Origin: Phycisphaerae bacterium | GTDB taxonomy: Bacteria > Planctomycetota > Phycisphaerae > UBA1845 > Fen-1342 | Assembly (NCBI GenBank): GCA_050115495.1 | Contig: JASFQK010000001.1 | Coordinates: forward strand, 32,001-96,000 | DNA length: 64,000 bases | Reading direction: 5' to 3' | Part shown: piece by piece, positions 1 through 10,911 of the stretch | Layout: each line of letters opens with the position of its first letter | Position numbering within the stretch: position 1 is the stretch's first letter | Notes under the pieces: generated by a model | Database searches by the model: none | The model's input: only the letters and a program-made list of their open reading frames with translations | Told to the model about the DNA's origin: nothing | Program-made: the position numbers and the translations under genes

Positions 1-624
<624 letters not shown>

Positions 625-628
<4 letters not shown>

Positions 629-739
629 CGTGCGACCTCCGCGCCGGACGTCTTCCGTAGCGTCGGCCCCCCGTGGCCGACGTCGAACCCCAACAACCCC
701 TCGTCATCGCCCCGTAGCGTCCGACCTCCGTGTCGGACG
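625..739 (+). repeat. Cluster of three REP-like palindromes (GTAR + hairpin)
   Basis: GTAGCGTCGGCCCCCCGTGGCCGACG (657-682), GTAGCGTCCGACCTCCGTGTCGGACG (714-739) and a degenerate copy at 625-650; the 657 copy is identical to 10391-10416. Confidence 0.85.
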
Positions 740-785
740 TCGACCACCAAGAACGCCCCGCCCGCGCGCACACTGCCCGCCGGCA

Positions 786-820
786 GACTTCTGACTTCTG
801 ACTCCTGTCTTCTGACTTCC
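786..820. repeat. Heptamer tandem repeat (GACTTCT-like x5)
   Basis: gacttct gacttct gactcct gtcttct gacttcc between convergent genes. Confidence 0.8.
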
Positions 821-824
821 TCTT

Positions 825-1913
825 CTATCCCCTCGTTCGCGGCCGTCGATTCGGCGGCGGCTCGCCTTCCGGCCGCCCGAAGATCATCCGCCCCGCCGAC
901 GTTTGCAGCACACTGGTCACGACCAGCGTCACTTCCTGGTTGATCCTCTCGCGCGAGTTCTCGGCGACGACCATCGTGCCGTCCTCGAGGTACCCCACAC
1001 CCTGCCCCAGCTCCTCGCCCGGCTTGATGACCTTCACCACGATCGTCTCACCCGGCATCACCACAGGCTTCATGGCGTTGGCCAGGTCGTTGATGTTGAT
1101 CACGTCCACGCCGCGGAGCTGCGCGATCTTGTTGAGGTTGTAATCGTTCGTGACGATGCGGCCGTCGATCTTCTTGCCCAGGGCGACGAGCTTCTGATCG
1201 ACGTCGCCGCCTTCCTCGCCCGCCGGCAGCCGGGCGTCGGAGATCTTGATCTCGACCTTGTCGTTCGTCTGAAGCTTGTTCAGCATGTCCAGCCCGCGCC
1301 GCCCGCGATTGCGCTTCAGCTTGTCCGAGCTGTCGGCGATGGTCTGCAACTCCTGAAGGACGAAGCGTGGGATCAGCAGCGGCGAGTCGATGATCCGCGT
1401 CTCGCAGATGTCGGCGATGCGCCCGTCGATGATCACCGACGTGTCCAGAATCAGCGCCCGCGACCCGCGCGACTGCTTCGTGAACTCGACGTACGGAATC
1501 ACGAAGCGCACGTCGTCCTTCGTCTGGAGGATGAAGCTGATCGCCAGGTAGCAACACACGATCGCCAGCAGCAGCTTCATCCCCGCCAGCACGGGGTTCG
1601 GTTTGCCCTGCTCAATGGCGTCGGCCAGGGAAGGCGCGTACGTGCCCACCACCATGTCGAGAATCACGCCCAGCCCGTACGCCACGACCATACCCACGAC
1701 CAGCCCCAGAAACGCACCCGATAGCGCCGCCAGCGACTTCCGCGGCACAAACAGGTCCAGGGCCACCATCGCACAGCCCACCACCAGCGCCGCCACCATC
1801 AACGTCGCCCGATGCTGGCTCAACTCGCCACCGGCTTCGGTCTCCCCGACCGCCGAGAAACCCACGGCGGCGATCAGGACGAGGAACAATGCCCGCAGTA
1901 CCCACAGCACCAT
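825..1913 (-). CDS. Membrane PIN/TRAM-domain protein (YacL family)
   Basis: N-terminal TM helices; LDTSVIIDGRI PIN motif, RGRRGLD, TNDYNLNK, GVGYLEDGTMVV and VTSVLQTSAGRMIF TRAM motifs. Confidence 0.95.
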   Translation of the reverse strand: MVLWVLRALFLVLIAAVGFSAVGETEAGGELSQHRATLMVAALVVGCAMVALDLFVPRKSLAALSGAFLGLVVGMVVAYGLGVILDMVVGTYAPSLADAIEQGKPNPVLAGMKLLLAIVCCYLAISFILQTKDDVRFVIPYVEFTKQSRGSRALILDTSVIIDGRIADICETRIIDSPLLIPRFVLQELQTIADSSDKLKRNRGRRGLDMLNKLQTNDKVEIKISDARLPAGEEGGDVDQKLVALGKKIDGRIVTNDYNLNKIAQLRGVDVININDLANAMKPVVMPGETIVVKVIKPGEELGQGVGYLEDGTMVVAENSRERINQEVTLVVTSVLQTSAGRMIFGRPEGEPPPNRRPRTRG

Positions 1914-1939
1914 GTCGATCTCCCCTATACAATGAGGTT

Positions 1940-3790
1940 ATGTATGAGAGCAGCGATTCTCCACACCACGTCGGCCGCGGCCGGGTCAGCGCCGGGACTC
2001 GCCCGCACACCACCCCCGAAGCCGTGCCGTTCACACGAAACCGGCATTCTACGGCCCGATCCCGCCGAGTCCTAGGGGCTGCGGCCCTCACTCTCGCCCT
2101 GCTCAGCTCATTCGCACCGGCCCAGGAGCCGGCCGCCGCCAACCTCGAACTCCGCGCCGAGCTCACCCGCCTGCTGAAGGCCGGCTCGCCCGACCAGGCC
2201 GTCCGCACCGCCCAGCAGGCCCTCCAACACCACCCCGACGATCCCGGCGTTCGCCACGAATACGTCGCTCTCCACCTCGCCCTGGCCCGCGACTGGCTCG
2301 CCGCCCGGCAATACGACGCCTGCCTCGCCGCCCTCGAAGCCGTCCTCGCCGTCGAGCCCCAAAACGAGACCGCTCTCGCCCTGCGCACCCGCATCCGCGA
2401 GGCCCGCGCCCGCCTCGACGATCAGGTCAGCGAGGTCCGGGAACTACTGCGTTTGGAGCTGTTCGACGCCGCCTTGGCCCGTCTGCGCGAGTCCATCGCC
2501 CTCCGGCCGGACCTCACCGAGTCGCTGCAGGATGACCTGCGTGCCGCCTGGCTCGGCGCCGCGGACGACCACTACCTCGCCCGCAACTTCGCCGAGGCCT
2601 TCGCCCTGTACGAGGAAGCGCTCGCCCGCGACGGCGGCGCGCCGGCGGACGTGCATTCGCGCTGGGTCCTCTCGCTGGCCCTGGCTTTATCGGAGACGGA
2701 CGCCGCCGAGCCGCTGGACCCCAACGTCGCCGGCGAGTTGCTCGCCCGGGCCATCGACGTTTTGCGCCGCACAAACGAGCCGGTGCTCGGGCAGGTGGTT
2801 GGCGGTTTGCTCGCCGAGCGTGCCGGGCACCTTGTCGACGCCGGCCGCACCTACGCTGAGGCCCTCGGCCAGACGTGGGAGCTGCCACCGGTGGACCGCC
2901 GACGGGAGACGGTCGCCAAGCTGCGCCGCCAGGCCGTGGCCCGCGTCCGCGCTCTGTACCAGGTCACGCCAACCCGGCGGCGCGAAGGCGAATGGACGAT
3001 CGCTTTGCCTGACGTGTGGAAGCAGCGCCGCACGCCGCACTTCGACGTCTACGCCCGCAACGACCTGATCGCCACGCGCGTCGCCGAGACACTCGAATAT
3101 CACTACCCGCGCCTCGCCGAGTGGCTGGGTGTGCCCGCCCGCGATGCATGGGACCCGCCGCTCGAAATCCGCGTGCACGCCACGCGCGACGACCTGCACA
3201 CCGCCACCGGCACGCAGGGTATCACCAACGCCGTCAGCCGCACGCGTCTCCAGGGTCAGCGCGTCCTCTCGCGCAAGCTCGAAGTGTTCCAAGCCGATCC
3301 GTGGTTGCTCAGCGCCACGTTGCCGCACGAGCTGACGCACGCCCTATTGCACGACGCCTATCTTCAGAACAGTCCCGCCCTGGCCATCGACGAAGGTCTC
3401 GCCCTCCAGGCCGAGCCGCCCGCCCGGCGACTCATGTACCGCCGCCGGCTCACGGGTTCGCCCCCCGCGCCGGCGGAGCTACTCGCCGCCACCACAACCG
3501 GTGCGGATCTCGAACGCTTCTATGCCCAGGCCGACGCGTTGACGAGCCTGCTGCTCGACCGGCAGGGCAGTCGGCCGGCGGCGCAGACGCAACCAACGCC
3601 GATACCCGCCTTGCTGGCGGCGTTGCGCACCAGCCCGGCGGACAAGTGGTGGCAGCGCTTCGGCTGGTCGTCAGAGGCACAGATGAGCGCCGATTGGCAG
3701 ACTTGGTTCGCCGCCCGCGCCGCCCCGCCGCGCATGCCCCTCATGATCCGCGTCCCTCCCGCCCCCGAGCACCGCCAGCCGCATCCGTAG
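1940..3790 (+). CDS. Exported TPR-like protein with C-terminal zinc peptidase (gluzincin / peptidase MA-like) domain; start uncertain (1940 ATG or 2024 GTG)
   Basis: Signal-like SRRVLGAAALTLALLSSFAPA; helical TPR-like repeats; HELTH followed by IDEGLA. Confidence 0.75.
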   Translation: MYESSDSPHHVGRGRVSAGTRPHTTPEAVPFTRNRHSTARSRRVLGAAALTLALLSSFAPAQEPAAANLELRAELTRLLKAGSPDQAVRTAQQALQHHPDDPGVRHEYVALHLALARDWLAARQYDACLAALEAVLAVEPQNETALALRTRIREARARLDDQVSEVRELLRLELFDAALARLRESIALRPDLTESLQDDLRAAWLGAADDHYLARNFAEAFALYEEALARDGGAPADVHSRWVLSLALALSETDAAEPLDPNVAGELLARAIDVLRRTNEPVLGQVVGGLLAERAGHLVDAGRTYAEALGQTWELPPVDRRRETVAKLRRQAVARVRALYQVTPTRRREGEWTIALPDVWKQRRTPHFDVYARNDLIATRVAETLEYHYPRLAEWLGVPARDAWDPPLEIRVHATRDDLHTATGTQGITNAVSRTRLQGQRVLSRKLEVFQADPWLLSATLPHELTHALLHDAYLQNSPALAIDEGLALQAEPPARRLMYRRRLTGSPPAPAELLAATTTGADLERFYAQADALTSLLLDRQGSRPAAQTQPTPIPALLAALRTSPADKWWQRFGWSSEAQMSADWQTWFAARAAPPRMPLMIRVPPAPEHRQPHP

Positions 3791-3799
3791 CGAGCCGTT

Positions 3800-3880
3800 G
3801 AAAAAGGGGACTGGCTCCGCGCGCCAACAGGCCCGCGTGTCTCGAACAACCGCAACAGCGCGGTGCCTGTCCCCTTTTTC
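3800..3880. repeat. Inverted-repeat element AAAAAGGGGAC...GTCCCCTTTTT (MITE/REP-like; may double as bidirectional terminator)
   Basis: 23-bp arms at 3800-3822 and 3858-3880 with 2 mismatches; 17 bp of the left arm recur exactly at 22782-22798. Confidence 0.8.
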
Positions 3881-4066
3881 ATCGGCGGCCGACGCGCAAA
3901 ATCGGTAGGAAGCGAGGTAGGCCGGGCTCTGCCCGCCGCCTCCTGTCGTTCGACGTCGGCCGACCGTGTAGGAACCTGTAGACTTGCCCGGCCGACACTG
4001 CACACCTCGCCGAAGACATGCTAGGCTTCAAGCAGGGAGCCGGGGACCGGGGCAGGAGAAAACGCC

Positions 4067-4666
4067 ATGCAACGACTGACTGTGTTGCTCTGTGCGTGGG
4101 CGGTCCTGGCCTGCTCGGGATGCACGATCACCAATTGGGACTGGGGGGGCATGTTCGACGCCGTAGACCCTCAACTGAGCGCATTGTACGTCGTCGCCTA
4201 CCATGTGAATTGGCTGGGCGAGGCCGAACTGCTGAACCTCCCCGGGTCGACGTTTGAGGTCGACCCGGATTTCGTCCGCGCTGAGGTCTGCCGACCCGCC
4301 ACGCCGGCACGCTGCGGCCTGGCCGGCTTCGGCGTGATAGACGACAATGACACCGAAGCGCTCTTATTCGTGGGTCCATCGGATGGCTGGCACAACATCC
4401 TGGGGTCGGCAGAGCAGAAGCTCGGAGCGGTCCGCAAGCCCAGCGACTGCGAGGTGGCCGTATCGTTCTACCTGTCGTGCGACGAGCTTCCTGCTGATCG
4501 CCTCGCCAGACTAACCTTCACAACGCGGGATACGCCCACCGTGCCGCCCAAGGTCGAAGTACGCTGCTCCTCGGCGTCGCTGGTCTCCGCGGACGCACTG
4601 ACGACTCAACCGGATAAGGGGGACCCTCCCGACACCGCTCGGCCAACAGCAGACCCCCGCTACTGA
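4067..4666 (+). CDS. Hypothetical lipoprotein
   Basis: AGGAG RBS; hydrophobic N-terminus ending in lipobox-like ACSGC; no recognisable domain. Confidence 0.65.
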   Translation: MQRLTVLLCAWAVLACSGCTITNWDWGGMFDAVDPQLSALYVVAYHVNWLGEAELLNLPGSTFEVDPDFVRAEVCRPATPARCGLAGFGVIDDNDTEALLFVGPSDGWHNILGSAEQKLGAVRKPSDCEVAVSFYLSCDELPADRLARLTFTTRDTPTVPPKVEVRCSSASLVSADALTTQPDKGDPPDTARPTADPRY

Positions 4667-4673
4667 CCGCCGT

Positions 4674-6791
4674 TCACGCCGCGTCGATCAGCGCCAGCTT
4701 GTCGCCGTAGAGGCGCTTCAGCTCCGGCAGCAGCAGCCGATGCTCGGCCTCGCGCAGCGTCGGATCGCGCCGCACGATATCGAACGCATCAGTCCGAGCC
4801 TGCTCCAGCAGGGCGAAGTCCCGAATCGCATCGCCGAACCGCAGCTCCGGCAGACCGTGCTGCCGCGTGCCAAACAGCTCGCCCGGACCGCGCTGCCGCA
4901 GATCCGCCTCCGCGATGCGAAAGCCATCCGTCGTCTCGGTCATCACCGCCAGCCGCTCGGCCGCCTTGCCCCGCCCGCCCGCGCGCGTCACCAGCACGCA
5001 CAGACTGTCGCGCGGCCCGCGCCCGATCCGCCCGCGAAGCTGGTGCAGTTGCGACAGACCGAACCGCTCGGCGTGCTCGACGATCATGATCGTCGCGTTG
5101 GCCACGTCGACACCGACCTCGACCACCGTCGTAGCCACCAGCGCCTGCACTCGACCCGCAGAGAAGTCCCCGACGACTTCCTCTTTCTCCGCCGACTTCA
5201 TCGCCCCATGCAGCAGCGCCACGCGCAACCCTTGCCACGGCCCGCTCGTCAGCCGCTCGTGCGCCTCAACCGCCGACAGCAGCTTCCCGCGCCCCGCCGC
5301 GGACCCCGCAGCAACCTCGTCCGTCGCCGTCGTCTCACCATCGCCGATCGTCGGACACACCACGTACGCCTGCTCGCCCCGCTCCAGCCGCGCCCGCACC
5401 TCGCGCATCACCGCCGGCCACTGCCGCGCCGGCACCACGCGTGTGTCGATCCGCCCTCGTCCCGGCGGCGACGCCCGCAGGCACGACACATCCAGATCGC
5501 CGAACACCGTCATCGCCAGCGTCCGCGGAATGGGCGTGGCCGTCATCACCAGGTAATGCGGGCTCGGCCCCTTCGTGCGAAACGTCGCCCGCTGCACAAC
5601 GCCGAACTTGTGCTGCTCATCGACGACCACCATCGCCAGCCGGTCGAAGACGACGTCCTGTTGAATCAGCGCCTGCGTGCCCACCACCAGATCGAGCTCC
5701 CCCGCCTCGATCGCCGCCAGATTCTCCTGCCTCTGTCGGCGGCCGGCCTGCCCGCTGAGCAGCACGCTCCGCACGCGGCTGCCCGCCAGGTAACGAGCGA
5801 TGTTCGCGTAGTGCTGCTGTGCGAGGATCTCCGTCGGCGCCATGATCGCCGCCTGTCGCCGATGAGCGACGGCCACCAGGCACGCATACAGCGCCACGAC
5901 CGTCTTCCCGCTGCCGACGTCACCTTGCAGCAACCGCGTCATCGGCCGGCCGCTGGCCAGATCCGCCGCGATCTCCCCCACCACCTCGTCCTGCGCCGCC
6001 GTCAGCGCGAACGGAAACCGCGCCCGAATCCGTCGATCAACCTCCGCCGACACGGACAGCGCCTGTCCCGCCTCCAGCTCCTGCGACCGCCGGCGGCGCA
6101 GCGCCATCGCCAGCTCGAGCAGCAGGAACTCCTCGTACGCCAGCCGGGCCCGCGCCTTCCCCAGCGCCGCCTCATTCTCCGGAGCATGCATCTGCCGCAC
6201 GGCCTGCTCGCGCGTCGGCAGTTCGTGCCGCGACCGCAACCCCTCCGGCAGAAACTCCGCCACCGGCAGACTTGGCTGCGCCAGCACCTCCTGCACAACC
6301 CGCCGAATCACGAACGAACTCACACGAGCGTTGGCGCGATAGACACCGACCTGCCGCGCCCCGCGCCCCTGCGGCAGCACCACCGTGTCTTCATCGAAGA
6401 CCTGCACGCGCGGCTGCACCAGCTCGATGCGATCCTGGTATTCCTGCGTCTTACCGCTGGCGATCACCGTCACCCCGACGCGCAGTTGCTTCGCTGCATA
6501 CGGCCGCTGAAACCAGCGCAGCACGCACGTCCCCGTCCCGTCGTCAATCTCCGCCGACGCCCCGCCCCCTCGTCCGCCGCGCAGGCGCACCACCGACCCC
6601 TGCACCGTGGCGTTCATCCCCGCCACGAGATCGGCGATCTCAACCTCGCCGCACTCCTGGACAAAGCGAAAGGGGAAGTACTCGAGCAGGTCGCCGACCG
6701 TGTTCAGGCCGAGACTGCCCAGCGCCGCCGCCCGGGCCGGACCGACGCCCTTGATGTACTGGAGCGGACTATCACTGTAGAGCGTGGCCAT
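4674..6791 (-). CDS. recG: ATP-dependent DNA helicase RecG
   Basis: IKGVGP, LLQGDVGSGKT, DEQH, MTATPIPRTL, AERFGLSQLHQLRGRIGRG, DGFRIAEADL..RGPGE. Confidence 0.98.
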   Translation of the reverse strand: MATLYSDSPLQYIKGVGPARAAALGSLGLNTVGDLLEYFPFRFVQECGEVEIADLVAGMNATVQGSVVRLRGGRGGGASAEIDDGTGTCVLRWFQRPYAAKQLRVGVTVIASGKTQEYQDRIELVQPRVQVFDEDTVVLPQGRGARQVGVYRANARVSSFVIRRVVQEVLAQPSLPVAEFLPEGLRSRHELPTREQAVRQMHAPENEAALGKARARLAYEEFLLLELAMALRRRRSQELEAGQALSVSAEVDRRIRARFPFALTAAQDEVVGEIAADLASGRPMTRLLQGDVGSGKTVVALYACLVAVAHRRQAAIMAPTEILAQQHYANIARYLAGSRVRSVLLSGQAGRRQRQENLAAIEAGELDLVVGTQALIQQDVVFDRLAMVVVDEQHKFGVVQRATFRTKGPSPHYLVMTATPIPRTLAMTVFGDLDVSCLRASPPGRGRIDTRVVPARQWPAVMREVRARLERGEQAYVVCPTIGDGETTATDEVAAGSAAGRGKLLSAVEAHERLTSGPWQGLRVALLHGAMKSAEKEEVVGDFSAGRVQALVATTVVEVGVDVANATIMIVEHAERFGLSQLHQLRGRIGRGPRDSLCVLVTRAGGRGKAAERLAVMTETTDGFRIAEADLRQRGPGELFGTRQHGLPELRFGDAIRDFALLEQARTDAFDIVRRDPTLREAEHRLLLPELKRLYGDKLALIDAA

Positions 6792-6857
6792 GCTCGTCGC
6801 GCGGCGCAGTGCCGCCGGCACCCGCCGCGTTCAGGTTCGGACCTGGCCGGCCTCGCG

Positions 6858-7241
6858 TCAGGGAATGGTCAGCCGCGTGCCGATCCGCAGCACGTTCTTG
6901 TCCGGAACCGCCGCCCGGTTCGCTTCCCAAATCACCTTCCACTTCGACTGATCGTTGTAGTACTGGCGGGCGAGCCTGTATAACGTGTCACCCTTGCACA
7001 CGACGTGCGTGCGCGCCCCACCGGCCGCGGGCGCGAGCGGTTCATCCGCCGGCGCCGCGGGCGCCGCATCCCACTCCACCGGCTCACCCACGTACGCGTC
7101 GTCCGTCGGCGGTTCCTGCTCCATCTGCGTCAGCGGCGTGTAGGGCTGCTCCACGTGCGTCTGGGGTTGGTTGTTCGGTTTCTGACAGGCCGTCAAACAA
7201 ACGGCCACAGCACAGACCAGCATCAAGGCCAGGGACTTCAC
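6858..7241 (-). CDS. LysM peptidoglycan-binding lipoprotein
   Basis: GAGGAGG RBS before GTG; lipobox LTAC; C-terminal HVVCKGDTLYRLARQYY...IWEAN...LRIGTRLTIP. Confidence 0.9.
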   Translation of the reverse strand: MKSLALMLVCAVAVCLTACQKPNNQPQTHVEQPYTPLTQMEQEPPTDDAYVGEPVEWDAAPAAPADEPLAPAAGGARTHVVCKGDTLYRLARQYYNDQSKWKVIWEANRAAVPDKNVLRIGTRLTIP

Positions 7242-7494
7242 GGCGACTCCTCCTCGTTCCATGAGCATCGGGCGCATCCGTTGCGCCTCATGTGACCCGA
7301 ATGCCGATAACTTGTAAAGACGGGGCCGTACCCCCGCCGAGTCAGCGGTATCGCTCTCGACTGTCGGAATATGTCAACTGCCGGAGGGCTTCTCGTCAGT
7401 GCCGCACCCGGGCGTTACACTCCCGCTGGCGACGCGATGGGGGGGCGTTCCGGGCGAGACCCAAAGGAATCCTCACGATTATTGGAGACTGGCC

Positions 7495-10251
7495 ATGAGA
7501 CACAACCCAATGTGGTGGTTCGCGTGCCTGCTCGGCACGCCCGTAATCCTCCTTCTGGCCCTCACGCCACTCCTGGCCGCCCAGGAGCAGGCCACGCCCC
7601 CCGGCGCGGAGGTGGCCCAAAACCCCCCGCCGGCGATGTTGCAGAAGGAGGCGGCGCCCCCCAAGGACAAGAACCCCAAGCGCTTCGCCGACATCGACGA
7701 CGTCACGAAGGACATGGGCAAGCTCTCCGGCCTGTTCGACATCTACCGCTTTGATCCGTCCGATAAAAAGCGGGATCCCGAGAAGCTGCTTGCCAGAATC
7801 CCCGCCAAACTCCTCGGCCAGGACATCCTCTTCGCCACCAGCATCTCCCGCGGCGCCCAGGCCGGCTTCATGTGGGGCGACGCCCTCATCCGCTTCGAGG
7901 TCGTCGGCGACCAGCTCAAGCTCGTCACCCCCGACCTCCGCTACGTCCACAAGAACGGCGCCCCGGTCACGGAGGCCGTCGAACGCACCTACACCGGCGG
8001 CTATATCGCTGCCGTCCCCATCAAGGCCATGTCCCCCCAGGGCGATGTCATCATCGACCTGGAGGCCCTCCTCAAATCCGACCTCGCCGAAGTCGGCCGC
8101 GGCCGCGTCCGACCCGACCTCAGCACCTGGAACACCGTCAAGGTCTTCCCCGACAACGTGCTCATCGACGTCGACCTGGCCCTTTCCGGCGGGCAGGGTG
8201 GATCGTCGGTCGGCGTCGCCTACGCCTTCCGCCGGCTGCCGCCCCTGAACGCCTACAAGCCGCGCCAGGCCGACCCGCGCATCGGCTACTTCCTCACCGC
8301 CCAGATGGACTGGTCCAAGGGCTACAACGAGCGTGAGACTTTCGATCGCTATATCCACCGCTGGAAGCTCGAGAAGCAGGACCCCTCCCTCGAACTCTCC
8401 CCGCCCAAAGAGCCCATCGTCTTCATTATCGAGAAGAGCGTGCCCATTCAGTGGCGACGCTGGATCAAGGAAGGCATCGAGGAGTGGAACCGCGCCTACG
8501 AGAAGATCGGTTTCACCGGGGCGATCGTCGTCCAGCAGCAGACCGAAACCAACGAGTACGCCGACTACGACCCCGAGGACGCCCGCTACAACTTCCTCCG
8601 CTGGGGCGTGACCGGCCGCGGTTTCGCCATGGGTCCCTCGCGCGTTGACCCACGCACCGGCCAGATCCTCGACGCCGACATCTTCTTCGACGACGCCTTC
8701 ATCCGCGCCTGGATGTACGAGTTCGACCTCTTCGCCCCCAGTGCCGCGGCCGAATCCAAGGGCCCCGGCTTCACCGAGTGGCTGCGGGCCAACCCGGAAT
8801 TCGTCCCCGAGTCGATCAAGCAGAGCTGGGCCGAGCAGGACACCGACCCCGAGCAGACCTTCTGGGCCGACCTCGAGGGCAAGCTCTGCGCACACGGCCG
8901 CAGCGAATGCTGCTACGCCGCCGGCATGCAGCGCGAGTTGGCCATGGTTCAGCACGCTCTGATCGCCACCGGCTCCGGCCCGAAGAAGCTCCCCGAGCGC
9001 CTGATTGGCGAGGCCATCCGCGAGATCGTCACGCACGAGGTCGGCCACACGCTCGGCCTGCGCCACAACTTCAAGGCCTCCGCCTGGCTCTCGCTCGACG
9101 AGATCAAGCGCCGTCGCGACGAGACCGACTTGCCCTCAACCGCCTCGGTCATGGACTACAACCCGCTGCTGTTCTTCACCGGCGACAATCTCGAAAACGT
9201 CCGGCACTTCGTCTCGCCGTGCATCGGCCCCTACGACGAATGGGCCATCGCCTACGGCTACGCCATCCCCCAGGGCAAGTCGGAAGACGACATGCTCAAG
9301 GAAATCGCCAGCCGCTGCACTGAGCCGGAGCTTCAGTTCGCGACAGACGAGGACTCCAACTGGCTCTATTCGCCCGATCCGCTGGTCAACACCTACGACC
9401 TGTCGTCCAACCCGATGGACTTCGCGCAGTCACGTATTGACCTCTGCGACGAGCTGCTGAAGAACATCACCGACTGGGCCATCCAGAAAGGCGAGCCGCG
9501 CTACTACCTGACGCAGGCCTTCACCACGGTTTGGTATCAGCGCTACAGCAACCTCGACTACGTGGCCCGGCTCGTCGGCGGCCAGTACTTCTACCGCGAC
9601 AACCAGGGCGATCCCGACGCTCGCCCGGCGTTCGTCCTCGTCGAGCCCAAGCTGCAGCGGGCCGCCCTCAAGTACCTCGGCAAGACGCTCTTCCAGGACC
9701 AGTTCTTCCGCGTCGATCCGGGGCTGCTCAACATGCTGGCACCGTCGCGCTGGTCGCACTGGGGCTCGCGCGCACCCAACCGCATCGACTACCCCATCCA
9801 CGGCCGCATCTCCACGATGCAGACCATGGGCCTGCTGAACCTCATGGCCCCGCCCGTGCTCGAACGCATCTACGACGCCGAGCTCAAGGCCACCGGCGAT
9901 GACAAGTTCACCGTGGCCGAGCTGCTCACCACGCTGAACGAGCAGATCTGGCCGCAGCTTGGCAAGGCCGAGGACGGCACCTACACGGACACCAAGCCGC
10001 TCATCAGCTCCATCGAGCGCAACTTGCAGCGGGCCCACCTGCTGATCCTCTGCAGCCTCGGCGGCGCCTCACCGGGCAGCACGATGTCCGCGGACGTGCA
10101 GTCGATGGTCCGCCTCGCCCTGCGTGATCTGAGCGAGCAGATGGCCCGAGCCCTCCAGTCGCCGAAGCTCGACTTCGCCTCGCGCGCCCACCTGGTCGAA
10201 AGCCAGTCGCGTATCGAACGCACGCTGGCCGCACCGTTCCAGGGCCGCTAG
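7495..10251 (+). CDS. Exported zinc-dependent metalloprotease (EcxA / DUF5117-DUF4953 type metzincin)
   Basis: Signal peptide; ADPRIGYF, PIVFIIE, VDPRTGQILDADI, HEVGHTLGLRHNF, Met-turn SVMDY, IGPYDEWAI. Confidence 0.92.
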   Translation: MRHNPMWWFACLLGTPVILLLALTPLLAAQEQATPPGAEVAQNPPPAMLQKEAAPPKDKNPKRFADIDDVTKDMGKLSGLFDIYRFDPSDKKRDPEKLLARIPAKLLGQDILFATSISRGAQAGFMWGDALIRFEVVGDQLKLVTPDLRYVHKNGAPVTEAVERTYTGGYIAAVPIKAMSPQGDVIIDLEALLKSDLAEVGRGRVRPDLSTWNTVKVFPDNVLIDVDLALSGGQGGSSVGVAYAFRRLPPLNAYKPRQADPRIGYFLTAQMDWSKGYNERETFDRYIHRWKLEKQDPSLELSPPKEPIVFIIEKSVPIQWRRWIKEGIEEWNRAYEKIGFTGAIVVQQQTETNEYADYDPEDARYNFLRWGVTGRGFAMGPSRVDPRTGQILDADIFFDDAFIRAWMYEFDLFAPSAAAESKGPGFTEWLRANPEFVPESIKQSWAEQDTDPEQTFWADLEGKLCAHGRSECCYAAGMQRELAMVQHALIATGSGPKKLPERLIGEAIREIVTHEVGHTLGLRHNFKASAWLSLDEIKRRRDETDLPSTASVMDYNPLLFFTGDNLENVRHFVSPCIGPYDEWAIAYGYAIPQGKSEDDMLKEIASRCTEPELQFATDEDSNWLYSPDPLVNTYDLSSNPMDFAQSRIDLCDELLKNITDWAIQKGEPRYYLTQAFTTVWYQRYSNLDYVARLVGGQYFYRDNQGDPDARPAFVLVEPKLQRAALKYLGKTLFQDQFFRVDPGLLNMLAPSRWSHWGSRAPNRIDYPIHGRISTMQTMGLLNLMAPPVLERIYDAELKATGDDKFTVAELLTTLNEQIWPQLGKAEDGTYTDTKPLISSIERNLQRAHLLILCSLGGASPGSTMSADVQSMVRLALRDLSEQMARALQSPKLDFASRAHLVESQSRIERTLAAPFQGR

Positions 10252-10271
10252 GCCGACGCGCACGAACCACA

Positions 10272-10472
10272 ACGGGACGGCCGCCACGAACCCCGCGGCG
10301 GCCGTCCCGTACAACAACTGTGGCACCCGTAGCGTCCGAGCTCTGTACCGGACGTCTCCGCCGGATCCGGGCTCCGTACCGAACGTCTTCGTAGCGTCGG
10401 CCCCCCGTGGCCGACGTTGCCTGGAACAAACGCCCCGCACGCGAACGTAGCGGCCGACATCCGTGTCGGCCG
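10272..10472. repeat. REP-like palindrome cluster
   Basis: GTAG-hairpin units at 10329-10354, 10391-10416 and 10447-10472, plus a separate long hairpin ACGGGACGGCCGCC...GGCGGCCGTCCCGT at 10272-10310. Confidence 0.85.
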
Positions 10473-10554
10473 TCGATCACCGGAATGCGGCCGCAACGCA
10501 ATCATCTGCTACAATGCGCCGGGCAATGAACCCGCTGCACAAGAGGTCTGACGC

Positions 10555-10875
10555 ATGGACATGCACATCGTTATTCGTAACGTCGAAGACGGCGGCGAGC
10601 TCCGCCACTACGCCGAGGAACACCTGTCCCACGCCCTGGAACGCTTCGAGGACCGCATCCTCACGACCACCATGCGCCTCGAGGACGTCACCGGCCCCGA
10701 CAAGGGCGGCGTCGACAAGCAGTGCAGCATCGAGGTGCGCCTGCGCACCGGCGAAGTGCGCATCAAGGAAACCGGCGACGACTTCTTCGCCACGATCAGC
10801 ACCGCTCTCGACCGCCTCAAGGCCGCCATCAGCCGCGAGACGGCCAAGGCCAAGCGCGGCATCGGCGAGGGCTAA
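10555..10875 (+). CDS. HPF/RaiA family ribosome-associated protein (short HPF)
   Basis: 106 aa; LRHYAEEHL..ALERF, DVTGPDKGGVDKQC, DFFATISTALDRLKAAI; TACAAT -10-like box at 10509-10514. Confidence 0.88.
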   Translation: MDMHIVIRNVEDGGELRHYAEEHLSHALERFEDRILTTTMRLEDVTGPDKGGVDKQCSIEVRLRTGEVRIKETGDDFFATISTALDRLKAAISRETAKAKRGIGEG

Positions 10876-10911
10876 CGCGCCGCCGCGGGCCGAGACACCG
10901 GAGGCCAAGCC

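Noticed and set aside
3917..3997. GTAGGCCGGGCTCTGCCCG degenerate palindrome
   Set aside because: Probably a decayed REP, but a single imperfect copy is too weak to call
4740..6983. 747-aa plus-strand ORF, and similar long shadow ORFs (7396-9066, 29541-32024, 33818-35791, 45188-47332, 55228-57324)
   Set aside because: Antisense shadows of clear genes; Arg/Pro/His-rich with no motifs, as expected from stop-codon scarcity in high-GC DNA
7305..7312. GCCGATAA sigma-28 -10 consensus
   Set aside because: No matching -35 at the right spacing, and far from the next start
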